DNA of 64,000 bases from the human T2T-CHM13v2.0 reference genome, Homo sapiens. Location of the stretch: assembly GCF_009914755.1 (NCBI RefSeq), contig NC_060947.1, one strand, 5' to 3'. Under the pieces are notes generated by a model, which worked only from the letters and a program-made list of their open reading frames with translations, was not told the origin of the DNA and did no database searches. Both the position numbers and the translations under genes were made by a program. This document shows positions 18,266 to 31,469 of this stretch, piece by piece (the stretch's first letter is position 1; every line of letters starts with the position of its first letter).

Positions 18266-19029
18266 AGAGGAGCTCCTACAACAGTAATTCTCTTTTCAAA
18301 TAAAAGTGCCACAAGAGTATTTATTTTCCAGTGGATTTCTAAGAAATGGTGACAAATATTATGAAAGTAAAGGTAATTATCTTAACTAGAATTTTTGCAC
18401 ATTTTAATGCAATATTAAACTTTAGAATTTTTAATTTGAAATATTTTAACTAAAAATCCTTTTTCCAAAGTGTAATTACTTGAAAACTTGATTTTTCAAC
18501 AGATGTTTACTGATTACTACTATATGTGCAGCACTGTAAAATATTCTAAATTGCAAAAGACATACTCTCTGGCATTAAAAAACTTACAGCCCAGTAAAAC
18601 AAATAAAATGTCAGATTTTTAAAACATTTTAATGCAGTTCTGCAGAGCATAAATTATACACATTGAAAGGCAAAATAAAAGCCAACCGTTGTGCAAATAA
18701 GAAAACCAATTCTAAGACCTTACTGGTTGTCTTCATGGGATTTCCTTATCACAGCTAACAAAAGTGTTCTTTGCAAGTGGCAAGAACAATTTAGACGTCA
18801 GATTTGCAAGTATTGTTTGTGGTATTATAATTAGCACTGTGTCAAGAGACTAATTTATAATAAGCGCCTAAATTTTCACTTACTTGTCTCTTCAAATCTG
18901 AAAACAAGTAAACTTATTTCCACCCTCAGGTTCAGCCTTACCCATTACACCAGAAAAACAATACAACACAAAACTGTCCTTAGAAGGTGAAATATCAGTA
19001 ATTCACTGCCTCATCACTAGATAATCTCA

Positions 19030-19825
19030 TTTCTGTTATCAATTGCTCAATCCCAATATAAACATACAGCAGTTTATACTTGTTAATCCACACCCTTATG
19101 AGAAACAGTTCTATCAACGGGGGTCCAGTACTTGTGGCAGAGTTTCTTTTGCATTTACTCTGATGTTTTTCAGTGAAAACACTGTTCTACAAAATTACTT
19201 AGGTCAACATTTATCTCATACCTTCTTCAATGAGTTTATCTCATACACTGGTAATGCAATTAGAATTTTTCATCACAGCTTGGATTCCATTCTGGTATTC
19301 CTCCAATATCTTGATTGATACACTTTTTAAAAAATTTAAATAGTTATGGTTGATCCTTTGTGCTGTAAAGGTTTATGGGTTTTGACAAATGCATAGATTT
19401 TTGTATTCACCATTACTCTGTTATGCAAAATTTATTTAAATTTTGTTAAACTTGTTAAATATATCAATAGTTTCTTTTTTTCTATCAAATAATATGTGAT
19501 TTTATAATTGTACCACAGTTTGTTTCTCCCTTGATCTGTTAAAGAATATCTTGGTTGTTTTCACAGTTTGACAACTATAAACAAAGCTACTATAATCCAT
19601 TTGCATACAAGTACTAGTGTAAATGTAATTCTTCTAATCAGTTGTGTAAATACCTAGGAACATGACTCCTGGGTCATGTGATAATACTATCTTTAACTTT
19701 GTTGGACACTGCCGAAGTCTCTAACAAGTGGTAGAATTTCTGTTCTCTGCATCCTCAGTAGCAACTGATATTGTCAGCTTTGTGGATTTTAGCCATTCTA
19801 ATAGGGGTGTAGTGTTAGTTCATAA
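19030..19825 (-). mobile_element. L1MC/MD-type 3' region
   Basis: 'gggttttgacaaatgcata', 'aaatacctaggaacatgactcctgggtcat', 'ttttagccattctaatagggg'. Confidence 0.75.
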
Positions 19826-19849
19826 CTACTGATAGGTGTTCAATAGTAT

Positions 19850-22510
19850 TTTTTGCTGGTGAAGAGTCTTGCCTCCATGCTGATGACTACTGACTGATGA
19901 GAGTGGTGGTTGCTGAAGTTTGGGATGGCTCTGGCAATTTCTTAAAATAAGGCAATGATGGACTTTTCCACATCTATTGACTTATTTTTATGAAAAGATT
20001 TATCTGCAGGATGAGATGATGTTTCGTATCATTTTACTCATAGTAGAACTTCTTTCAAAATTGGTGTCAATTTTCTCAAACTCTGTCACTGCATTACCAA
20101 CTAGGTTTGTATCATATTCTTTTTTTCCACACATTATATTTTTATTAATTGCTTGATACATCTTTATAGTGCCTTTTTAAAATTATACTTTAAGTTCTAG
20201 TATACATGTGCAGAATGTGCAGGTTTGTTATATAGGTATACATGTGCCATGGTGGTTTTCTGCACCCATCAATCCATCATCTACATTAGGTATTTCTCCT
20301 AATGCTATCCCTCCCCTAGCCCCCCACCCCCAACAGGCCCCAATGGGTGATTCTCCCCTCCCTCTGTCCATGTGTTCTCATTGTTCAACTCCCACTTATG
20401 AGTGAGAACATGCGGTGTTTGGTTTTCTGTTCCTGTGTTAGTTTGCTGAAAATGATGGTTTCCAGCTTCATCAATGTCCCTGAAAATAACATTATCTTAT
20501 CCTTTTTTATGGCTGCATAGAATTCCGTGGTGTATATGTGCCACATTTGCTTTATCCAGTCTATCATTGATGGGCATTTGGGTTGGTTGCAAGTCTTTGC
20601 TCTTGTGGATAGTGTTGCAATAAACATACGTGTGCATGTGTCTTTATTCTAAATCCTCTGTTGTCATTTGAACAACGTTCACAGCATCTTCACTAAGAGT
20701 AGATTCCATCTCAAGAAACCAGTTTCTTTGTTCATCCATAAAAAAGCATTTCCATATTTGTTCAAGTTTTATTATGAGATTTCAATATTTAATTCACATC
20801 TTTAGGCTGCATGTCTATTTCTAGTTATCTTGCTATTTCTACCACATATGCAGTGAATCCCTCTACTGAAGTCTTGAACCCTTCAAAATGATTGATAAGC
20901 ATTAGAAAAAAACTTATGCCAAACTTCTATTAATGCTGATATTTTCACTTCTTCCCATGAATCACACATTTTCTTAATGGCATCTAGAATAATGACTTCT
21001 TTTCAGAAGGTGTTCAATTTCAGTTGCCACGATCTATCAGAAGAATCACTATCTATGGCAGCTATCATCTTATAACATGTATTTCTTAAGTAATAAGGCT
21101 TAAAAGTCAACATTCCTCCTTGATCCATGGGCCACAGAATGGATGCTGTGTTAGCAGTCATAAAAAACTCCCTATAGATGCCCATATGAGCTCTTGGGAA
21201 ACTGTACACATTGTCAATGAGCAGTAATATTTTGGAAAAAAAAATCTTTCTTCTGAGCAGTGAGTCTCACAGTGGCTTAAAATAGTCAATAAGTTATGCT
21301 CTGAAGAGATGTGCTGTCATCCAGGCTTTGTTGTCCCATTTATAGAAGACAGGCAGAGTATGTTTACCACATTTCTTAAGGACCCTATGATTTTCAGAAT
21401 ATTAAATGGTCATTGGCATAACTTAAAGTCACTAGGTGCATCAGCCCTTAAAAAGAGAGCCAGCCTGTCCTTTGAAGTTTGAAGCCAGGCATTGGCATCT
21501 CCTCTTTAGGTATGAAAGGCTTATATGGCATCTTATGTCAGTATAAGGCTGTTTGAACATAGAAAATCTGTTGTTTAGTGTAGCCACCTACATCAATTAT
21601 CTTAGGTAGATTTTCTGGATAACTTGTTGCAACTTCCACATCAGCACTTGTTGCTTCACCTTGCACTTTTATGTTGTGGATAAGGCTAAACTTCTTAAAA
21701 CTCATGAATCAATATTTTCTGCAGCTTCCTCACCTCTCAGCCTTCACAAAATGGAAGAAATTAGGGGTCTTGATCTGGATTAGGCTTTGGCTTAAGTGAA
21801 TGTTGTGGCTCACTTGATTTTCTATCTAGACCACAAAAACTTTCTCCAGATCAGCGGTAAGACTGTTTGTTTTGCTTTCATATCATGTATGTGTTCACTG
21901 AAGTAGCAGTTTTAATTTCCTTCAAGAACTTTTTCTTTGCATTCGCAACTTGGCTTACTGATGCAAGAGGCTTAGCTTTTGATCCATCTCAGCTTTCAGC
22001 ATCCCTTCCTCAGTAAGATAAGTTGTTTCTGGTTTTTGATTTAAAGTAAGAGACTTGCAACTTTTTTTGAATATTTAGAGACCATTGTAGGGTTGCTAAT
22101 TGGACTAATTTCAATATTGTTGTGTCTAAAGGAATGGAGAGGCCTGAGGAAAGGGAGAGATATGGGTGAACAGCCTGTTGGTGGAGCAATCAGAACACAC
22201 TCGAAATTTATTGGTTATGTTTGCCATCTTGTATGGGCATGGTTCGTGGTGCCCCAAAATAATTATAATAACAATATTAAAGATCACCGATTACAGATCA
22301 TCATAGCAGATATAACGATAATGAAAATTTTGAAATATTTAAGAGTTACCAGAATGTGACACAGAGACATGAAGTGAGCACATGCTGCTGAAAAAATGGT
22401 ACTGATAGACTTGCTTAAAAAAGAGTTGCAACAAAATCTTCATTTTAAAAAAAAAATTAATATCTGTGAAGCACAGATAAAGCAAAACACAAAAAAATGA
22501 GGTATGCCTT
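19850..22510 (-). mobile_element. Tigger1 DNA transposon, decayed, missing one terminus, split by an L1PA
   Basis: Transposase remnant (ORF 21003-21209 '[21 protein letters not shown]'). TIR 'gaggtatgcct' followed by TA at ~22499-22512. Confidence 0.9.
20121..20644 (-). mobile_element. 5'-truncated L1PA (about PA6-PA8) with a short 3' transduction
   Basis: L1 3'UTR at 20175-20644. TSD tattct at 20115-20120 and 20645-20650. Extra non-L1 sequence at 20127-20173. Confidence 0.9.
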
Positions 22511-22514
22511 TAAC

Positions 22515-23442
22515 TCCATTAAAAATGGGCAGAATACTTGAATAGACATTTCTCAAAGAAGACATACAAATGGCCAACTGGTTTATAAAAATGTTCAACA
22601 TTACTATCAGGAAAATGAAAATTAAAACCACAGTGAGATATTACCTCACACTTGTTAGAAAAGCTATTATCCAAAAGATGAATGATAACAAGTGTTGGCC
22701 GAGATTCAGAGCAAAGGGAATCCTTGCACGCTGTTGATGGGCACATAAATTAGTACAGACGTTATAGAAAATGAATTAGAGTTAGCTTTGTTTACAACAT
22801 TCAAAATATTAAACCTACCTGTGTGTCCATGAATGGACAAATGGTAAGGAAAATGCTATGTGTGGGTGAGTGCCTGTACGTGTGTGTATACACACATAAA
22901 TATGTATATATTTATATATAAATACAAATGCACCCAATGGAATTACTATTTAGCCTTAAATATAAAAAGAAAATTCTGTCATTTGTGACAACATGTATAA
23001 GTCTGGCAGACATTATGCTAAGTGAAGTAAACCAGGCAAAGCCACGCATACCACATGATCTCACTTATATGTGGAATCTAAATACAGTGAACTTACAGAA
23101 GTAGAGAGTAAAGTGATGGTTATCCAGAGTCTGGGATGGGGTGGGGTGAAGAATGGAAATATGTTGACCAAAGAGTACAAAGTTTTAGTTAAAGAGGAGG
23201 AATAAATTTTGTAGATTTATTGCACAGCATGACAAACATAGTGAATAATAATGCATTATATGTTTCAACATTGCTAAAAGAATAAATTTTAATGTTCTCT
23301 ACAAAAAAGTATGTGAAGTGAAGAATGTTATTTAGCTTGATATAATTATTTCACAATGTAAACATACATCAAAACATCATATCATACCCCATAAATATAA
23401 AGAAATTATTTGTCAAATGAAAATAAAATTAAGAAAATAAAA
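22515..23442 (+). mobile_element. L1MA-type 3' end
   Basis: 'ttgaatagacatttctcaaagaagacatacaaatggccaac'...'catcatatcataccccataaatata...aataaaatt'. Confidence 0.85.
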
Positions 23443-23449
23443 CAAGATT

Positions 23450-23545
23450 ATGAAATACCTCATTATTTTTAGATTAATTACATGTTGAAATAATGAAATT
23501 TTGTACATATTGAGTTAAATACAATATATTATTAATTGTTTTAAA
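23450..23545 (-). mobile_element. MER33 (hAT-Charlie) fragment
   Basis: 'ttacatgttgaaataatgaaattttgtacatattgagttaaatacaatatattatt' matches the recalled MER33 reverse strand. Confidence 0.6.
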
Positions 23546-24165
23546 AAATGGGATACTGCATATATCAACAGCTTAGCATTTTCATAGCTATATAATATAA
23601 GGTATTATTATTATTTTACAGATATGATATGAGCAAAAATTCAGAGCAGAACAGAAACAATGACAGAGCAGTACTGAGTTAGAAAACTCCAGCTTTTGCA
23701 TCTTTGTTCTATGATCAAATTAACTGAAAAAATAAGATGGTTTGCTTATGATGTGATTGGTCAATTACTTCTATGGGAATCAATTAAATTTCAGGTATTA
23801 TTTGGGTATATATATTGTATAATGTGTAGTGCACAAACAGATTAATAAGTTTAATAGAAGTAGCATTCTATAAATCTTGTTGTTTTCAAGTTTTAAGCAC
23901 TCCACATCGGATTCTTGACTGTAATAGTCTTAATATAGATTTGTTGAAAATGACTAACCTCACTCTCAGGAGTAAGAACTCATGCAGTTTACTATATATG
24001 CATATAGAATGTAAAATGTGGAGAGTAAACATCAGGTTCTGGTATAGTCACTGTTCCTTCCTCAATAAGAAACTAAGACTACTGTAGCCCATAATATGAA
24101 GAATATATCTTTTGTTAGGCATGCCATGCTGCACTTTTCCTACTACATGTCTACATTTGTTAAGT

Positions 24166-24830
24166 TGTTGTTTCAAAGCCCTCATGACTTATCACAGATT
24201 GCTATTAGTCATCAAGGAGGATTTAACAAGGGAATTTTATTTTAGGTTCCAGGATACATGTGCAGGATGCGCAGGTTTGTTACATAGGTAAATGTGTGTT
24301 ATGGTGGTTTGCTGCACCTGTCAACCCATCACCTAGTTATTAAGCCCACATGCATTACCTATTTATCCTGATGCTCTCCCTTCTCCCCAGCCCCCACAGG
24401 CCCCAGTGTGTGTTGTTCCAAGAAGGGGATTTTATTACTTGCAACAAGAAATGTAGACACTGGGGATAGTACCACAAAACAGGGCCTTCCCCCAAAAAGG
24501 TGAAAACAGGGCTTTTATTAGGCTATTTAGCTGAGTCATTTTATATAGAGATGGAGTCAGTACAGGTGCAGTTGTCAATCATGCTTCTACATATGTCACA
24601 TGTATAGAAAATGGACAATAAGCTCGTCTCTGGCAGGATTTTTAGTATGGTAATGAGAAGAGTTCAACAAAGTTCATCTCCAACTCAGGCATCTCTGGAT
24701 TCAATCGATTTTTGTTGTACCAGGGCTAGGCTTTTTCCAGAAACTTTTCTGTAACAAGAACTCAAGGTGCAAGTTACCAGTGGATAATTTTTCAGTGTGT
24801 CCCCCAAAACCTGAGAATCTTGGGTTACTA
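24166..24830 (-). mobile_element. ERV1-type solo LTR (family uncertain), split by a short L1PA tail
   Basis: 'ttttattacttgcaacaag...cactggggatag' (reverse poly(A) signal region) and 'gggttac' end. Confidence 0.55.
24240..24419 (-). mobile_element. ~180-bp L1PA (about PA8-PA13) 3' tail
   Basis: 'gatacatgtgcaggatgcgcaggtttgttacatagg'. TSD aacaagggaatttta (24225-24239) / aagaaggggatttta (24420-24434). Confidence 0.85.
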
Positions 24831-25564
24831 TTACTTGTTAATCCTAGGAAAGTCTGCAGAAGGCTTTACAATTTCTAACATAAGTGCAGTGTACCTAACT
24901 TCTTTTATGGAGATTAGCTTCCCACACTTCAGGCAGCTTAGCAGTCTTATCTACAAGTGGGTGAGTGGCTAGATTGATAAGTAGGGGAGAAATCATCTTT
25001 GCGTGTTTTGGTGAAAAAAAATCACATTCTTCTTAAGGTCAGAACTGAAAATTGATCTGGTGCCATGGTACCATGGGTATGGCATCTTTCTTGATCCAGA
25101 ATTATAGTCTTACATTCTCATATTGCTGTTAAAAATTACTCTTTTGAGGTTCATGCCACACAATATTTTTCCCTCATTCCCTCTGTCAGGTTTATGCCTC
25201 TCAGCCACTCACTGTCATTTTTTAGTACATGACAGCTGGATCACTGGTTTCTACTGCATCTCAATCTCTGTTGTCAGAGAGATAAGAACAAAGGTGCTGG
25301 ATTCAGTTTTCCCCAGTTTTGATGCTAGATTTACCAATTACTACATTCCTACCAGAAATTCTAGTCTTGAATTATTTTAGAGTTAGAAATATAAACTTTT
25401 TACCATACTGTATCCAACTCATAAAAATTTTTAGTCTCTTGCTGTTAGCCCTTTTCTTTCCCTATATAGTTGCAACCTTGTGCTCTAACAATTCATTTAT
25501 CAATATACTCATCACTTACCTGTTTGTTTTTGTCTCCACCACATTTACCAGATAGAGTGCATAT

Positions 25565-26150
25565 TGTAGTGCTCTTCCCAGATTCCTTCTTCCTGGCTGT
25601 ATCCATTGCCTAGCAACTAAAAAGATAAACTACTGACAGCTCATGGCTTTGTCCATCATTGTGTATTGACCTTTGCCAAGGTTATACTCTTTCCCAGAGG
25701 AAAGTTTATATTAGAGTCTGTCTGTTGCAGGGACAAAAGAGCATAGTCACTTTGAAGAGTCATCCCAGATACAGAAATGCCCATAGGCAGAATGCCAAAT
25801 TATAGCTGGGCACATTGGAACTTAGAATAAAAGACTACATTTTCCATATTTCTTTGTAGCTAAATGTACCATATGACTAAGTTCTGGCCAAGAAGTTGTA
25901 TGTGAAACTTTTATGCGGCTCTTCTAGGAATGTTCCTTAAAGAAAGCTGATTGAGGAGAATCCACTTTTTGTTCCTTGTTTCTACTTTCTTCCTGCTGAT
26001 GGCAATTACCATCTTGGACTGTGACATGACCTTGATAATGGAAGTCATGTATTAAGAAGTGGAACACAAAGATAAAAGTAACATATATCTGTGATAACTC
26101 AAGCTGCGGCACCAGTTCTGACTTTCTACCTCCAGGCTTTTTATTGCTTG
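25565..26150. mobile_element. Old ERVL/MaLR LTR relics (LTR16/LTR33/MLT1-like)
   Basis: 'gctgggcacat...aaagactacattttcc...atgactaagttctggcca' motif typical of these LTRs. Confidence 0.55.
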
Positions 26151-26409
26151 CATTCTGTCTATGTCCATCAACATACATGTATACTTAATTTTCTCTCAAT
26201 AAAAGAGCTCTTCTTAAAGAATGACTTCAAGAGCTTAAAGGGAAAACATAAAATAAAAAACAAAATCAACTTTATATAAAAGCTGTTCTGTCCTGTCTTT
26301 CTCTCCTCTTCACAGTTAAGTTTTTGGCAAAGTTTTCTGTACACATTGACTTCTCTTTCTCACTTCCAATTTACTCCACCCACTTCAAATTTTTTTTTAA
26401 ACAAAAAAA

Positions 26410-27370
26410 GATTAATCCAAACCTGAAAGAATATGTTTCTTTTTGGCAAATTCTGTGAACTTTATTTTCTGATAACTAATTTTTCACTCTGAAGTATTTC
26501 AAACTCTTGACAGTGCTCTTCTCCTTATGCCACTCAAAGGTGTGTATATTTGCATATCTGAAAATTCGTAGTCACATCTCTAACTTTATTGTTTGGCTGA
26601 GTGTAGATATCCAGGTTCAAAATCATTTTTCTTATAATTTTGAAACAATATTCTATTAGTTTTTACCTATGAGTTACTTATGAGAGATCTGATGTCCTTA
26701 TGAGAATTGTTTCTATTGCCTTGTTTACTCTCCTCCAAAAATTGTCTTTTCTACTGCCATAGTACCCAGAATGTGCCGGATCTCATTATTGCTCTTTGGA
26801 ACCTTTGAAATATATATCAGAATACTGGGATCTAGACAGGGTACAGAACTGGTGTCTTGGCATTCAGTACATAAACTTTTGTTTAATCTCTTTTGTAGCC
26901 CCTAAATATTATGACTAGCTTTTCCCGGTATTCAAGATCCTGGAGAATTTTTCACTTAGTTTCCACAAAGAACGAACATTCTACTCCTTAAGGGATGAAA
27001 TGTGGATAATGGCTTCTAGCTAACCAGGCAAGAAGAAGAGCTCTGGGTGTCTAATGCTCTTCATATAGACTTTCTACATACCATCCTGTTTTAATCCTTC
27101 ACTTTATACTCACCTTTATTATATCTAGTGCCTTTAATTTCTGAGACTTTGTGGAGTGTGGTCTCAGAAACGACATATGGAAAATTAATGTATTCATTCT
27201 TGAATGAAAGCCCTATAGAAAGCAGAATTAGTTTCAAGTGCAATTTCTTTCCTTCTATGCCACCTTTACATTTATCTGAGCTTTGAATAAAGATCTTAAA
27301 ATACAATACATTAAAAGATAAATTGTTGTGGTCTATTTCTTAAATTCCAATTATCAGTCTATTATTTTTT
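26410..27370 (-). mobile_element. Highly decayed L1M fragments
   Basis: 'tttggctgagtgtagatatccaggttcaaaatcattttt' and 'gagagatctgatgtc' resemble reverse L1 ORF1. Confidence 0.5.
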
Positions 27371-27392
27371 CTTATAAAGAAGGACTATGCAG

Positions 27393-27798
<406 letters not shown>

Positions 27799-29459
27799 TT
27801 AATGAGATTACCATTTTGTGGTTGTTGGCCTACTCCAACATCTATAATGAAGCATAATAGAAAAATGCTTAAGCAGTGTGATTTGAGAGATTCCGGAAAG
27901 CAAGTCTTTGGATGAATCTATTCACTCTCTCACTGGTCATCAGTGCGATAAATGGGTTAAGGAACAAAGACAGAAGTTTTAAAGCATGGTATAAAATATA
28001 TGTTGCCAAGAAGTTATTTCCCTTTACTCGGAAAAAAAAAAATTGTGACTTGTTCCCCAAAAGGGTGAAATTTATATGAAAGGAATTTTAATAGTTGAGT
28101 ACCAGCATAGTAACTAGAAACCCTGGATGGCTGTCCTAGGTTAAGAAAATTGAATGAGGCTCTGTATAAAGGCCCCAGGGGACAGGAGGAAAGCTAAAGA
28201 CAAAACATTAGACTGTGATTGACTCAATGCCGGCCCCTCTTAATCCACTATCATAAAAATTACCAATGAACAAATTGAAGCGTTATCCCACAAATCATCC
28301 CCTTTTCTGACCACTTACAAATTTTGATAATTTTCTTCTCTTGAGCTCCATGATATTGCATGCTCCTGGTTATCTTTCTGATTGCTACTTCTCTGCCTTT
28401 TTCATTTATTATTTGATAAACAGAAGCTTATCAATTATTCAGGAAAAACAAACATTTTTCTAATGCTAGAAACACAAAGTAATTTATCATACCGAACCTT
28501 TTCTAGAGGACATTGACTGATGTATTCAGACACTTGTTTGACAACAGATAAACAGCAAATAATCTTCCAGTGGCTTTTCTTTATCAGCTTATGATAAAGG
28601 CCAAAAGCATAACTGTAAATGATAACACACTGAGGGCTCTTCTTAACAGAAGCTGGGGAAATGTTCATGCAAATAACTTTCTGTTGATCAAGTCTGAGTG
28701 TCTGAGAGGATAGCACATACTTTTCTTTGAATGCCTTCCTAATGTATAATATCTCACAGCCCAGAAATTGATTATTATGAATACATGTATTTGATAGGCA
28801 GCAGGCAAGATCTTCATTAATTGTTTGTGAGAATAGAGGAAGAGAAGTGGGGAAAGGGAATCTTGCAAAAGGTGAAGTGGACACCAAAGCAAACTTTAGA
28901 AACTACATGTCTCTCATAGATCTAAACTTATAAAACAAGAGAGGTTTTTATTTTGTTTTATTTTTTAGCTCTTGATATATTTTCCTCTTGAGCTACATTC
29001 TCCATGTTTTACATGTCTTTTCTCCAAAGGCAGGTCAAGGATTTACTTATTGCCAAAGAGTTGCAATAAGGGTATATTTTATACTCTCTCTATAATGTAT
29101 AATTTATTGCTGGTATTTTTAAATGTTAAAGAGTATAATCACAATAATTCAATGCTACTGAAATCTAATGTTTAGTGAGTTAAATGAGAAAGTTGTGTAT
29201 TACCTAAATAATCTTGAGTAAATTAGAAAAAAATAAAACTATACTGTAATAGAACAAGACGTGCTTTTAATTTTTGAGTACTCTGATTTTGGACTGATTT
29301 GCACATCTTTGTACTTGTTAAGGTTTCCATGTTTACGTCCCTTTGGCAATAAGCCCATTTTTTTAAAAATGAAAGTAATTGTCTACCCTCTTTTGAATTT
29401 TTAATTTTGAATCTGTACAAAAGGGACCTGAGGCAACTGTGTTACTCTTACCTCATGTA

Positions 29460-29670
29460 TGTAGCATAATGGTTAAGAGAGTTAGGTCTAGAGGCAGCCT
29501 GTATAGTTCAAGACCTGGATCTACCCTCTATTAACTGTAAACGTGGGGACCAGTTATATATGTTCCCTATGCCTTCATTTCCTTACCTACACAATGTGGA
29601 TATGATATCATCTACCTCATAGGTCATAGCAAAAATTACATGATATATCATGTGTAGAATAAATGTTAGA
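29460..29670 (+). mobile_element. MIR SINE
   Basis: 'gtagcataatggttaagaga...ctatgccttcatttcctt...tctacctcatagg'. Confidence 0.75.
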
Positions 29671-29920
29671 TGATGAATATATCTGGTGATCTGGTGGTCT
29701 AATAAAGTAACAAAGATATCTGGCAACATGTTTGCAACATGATAAAAAAACTCTTTTTTACTATTTACTGGTTGGAACTCTAATCAGGTGGTTGGTCTCT
29801 TTCTGGGTTGTTCTACAATAGGCATTTCATGAAAACTTTCCAAAAATAAACCCCACTAAATTATGCATTTCATATATCCCTAGATAAACTTACTCCAGTG
29901 ACTCCAAATAAAACATCAGC

Positions 29921-29923
<3 letters not shown>

Positions 29924-29973
<50 letters not shown>

Positions 29974-29980
29974 TATATAT
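29924..29980. repeat. (TA)n(CA)n compound microsatellite
   Basis: Read directly. Confidence 0.95.
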
Positions 29981-29989
29981 GCTTTATTC

Positions 29990-30290
29990 TTTTTTATTCA
30001 TTCATTAAACATTGGCTAGAACCGATCATGCACTTTGATAGGCTCTTGAGATATAATAGTTACTAAGCTGTAGTTTGTGAACTAAAGTCATTCATGGTCT
30101 AGTAAGGAATGAAGAAAAAATTATAACTATAATTTACAAGTGCTTATGATGTGTTTGGTTCACAGATGAAGTTATTTGACAAGGCAGGATCTTAAAACTA
30201 GTGTAAAAACTTAGCGGAAGTGATAAATTTGTGATTTGAACATCAGCTATCTGATCTTTAAAGATCATACACTTAAGTGTTAATACTATA
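29990..30290 (-). mobile_element. L2 3' relic
   Basis: 'ttattcattcattaaacatt' start typical of the reverse L2 3' end. Confidence 0.5.
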
Positions 30291-31469
30291 TTGCCTCTAT
30301 AAACATAGACAGTTGGGTGTTGGACAACATGGAGGTTAGGAGCACCAACCCTCCACACAGTTGAAAATCCACGTATAACTTTTGACAACTAAAAACTAAT
30401 AGCTAGCCCAGCTTGTGTCCCATCTCTACTGCTCCATATCCTTTGCTACAGTGTCCTTCAGGCAAAGGGGAACAGCAAAGACCCTGAGTGCTTTAGCCAG
30501 ATATCCCTTAAATGCAGCTGCCTGAAGCAGAAGATGCCAGCTGTTCTTCCCAGTGAGCCACCCCTTCGCCACCGCTCATCGCCAGGAGGCCCTAAGTGAC
30601 CCTGCTGCAGCCTCTGTCTGTCACTCAGTGACCTGCAGGTAAACACATTGGGATTCATCAAGGGAACGACCTGACCTATGGAAAATGGAGACGAATAAGA
30701 TAGGAAAACTGCCCACCGAGGACTGGCATGAAGACAGGGGAGGCCATGGGTCAGGTTGTTCTCCTCTTCCCTACTGCAAGGAAATAGTGAGTGATTGACA
30801 GTCCTCAGGGACACATGCTTCTACCATGGAACTTTATATCTCTGAGGTTCAGGAGCTCTTCTGTGAGCCCTCCCCACCAAAGCCTCCAGACTGACATAGA
30901 AAGCTACATGGGGTCTGGACAGAGCTGCTGCTCAGGCACATGTGGAGTCCTGGGAGACTTGGATCCCTGGGCATCCCGGCACAAGCAGCAACAGCTCCAG
31001 CAATAAGGGAGGCCTGGATCCCTCATGTGCCTCCAGAAAATGGACAGAATCCACAGGATTTAGCAGCAACGCACTGGAGGCCTCACCTCCATTGCACCTC
31101 ACAGGATAAGTCTCACCTGGTATGCTAGTGAGGCAACCCCAGCCCCACCTAACTTCTGGGGCTGGGAGCAGCTCTGCAATCCCCTGGGATATAGCTTCCA
31201 GAGGGAGAGACAGACTGACATTTTTGCTGTTCTGCAGCCTTCACTCCTATTATCCTCTGGTTCTGGAGGGAGTATAGTGGTTGGGGACTTACTCAGACTT
31301 CCACCCTGACTGACCCCCGATTCCTCCCTGCCACCGACCACTCCCTCCCTGTGCAAAGCAGCAGCCTTACAGAAAAGTGGCCAGACTGTCTTCCACACAA
31401 TTACCCACCTCTGCTATTCTTCACTGGGCAATGTTTCCTGACCTGGGCTCCAAGCACAATCACCCTGCC

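Noticed and set aside
19850-22510. Tigger1 as a domesticated TIGD-like transposase gene
   Set aside because: Interrupted by an L1PA, with many stops; the longest transposase-frame ORF is 68 aa.
23622-23677. Plus-strand exon candidate after 'ttattttacag' (YDMSKNSEQNRNNDRAVL)
   Set aside because: Reasonable acceptor but only poor donors (gtactg, gttaga) and no other support.
25063-25076. 14-bp perfect palindrome ccatggtaccatgg
   Set aside because: A single short palindrome is not unexpected in 64 kb, and there is no associated structure.
28435-28887. 150-aa minus-strand ORF
   Set aside because: Non-ATG start, no recognisable motif, and composition typical of AT-rich non-coding DNA.
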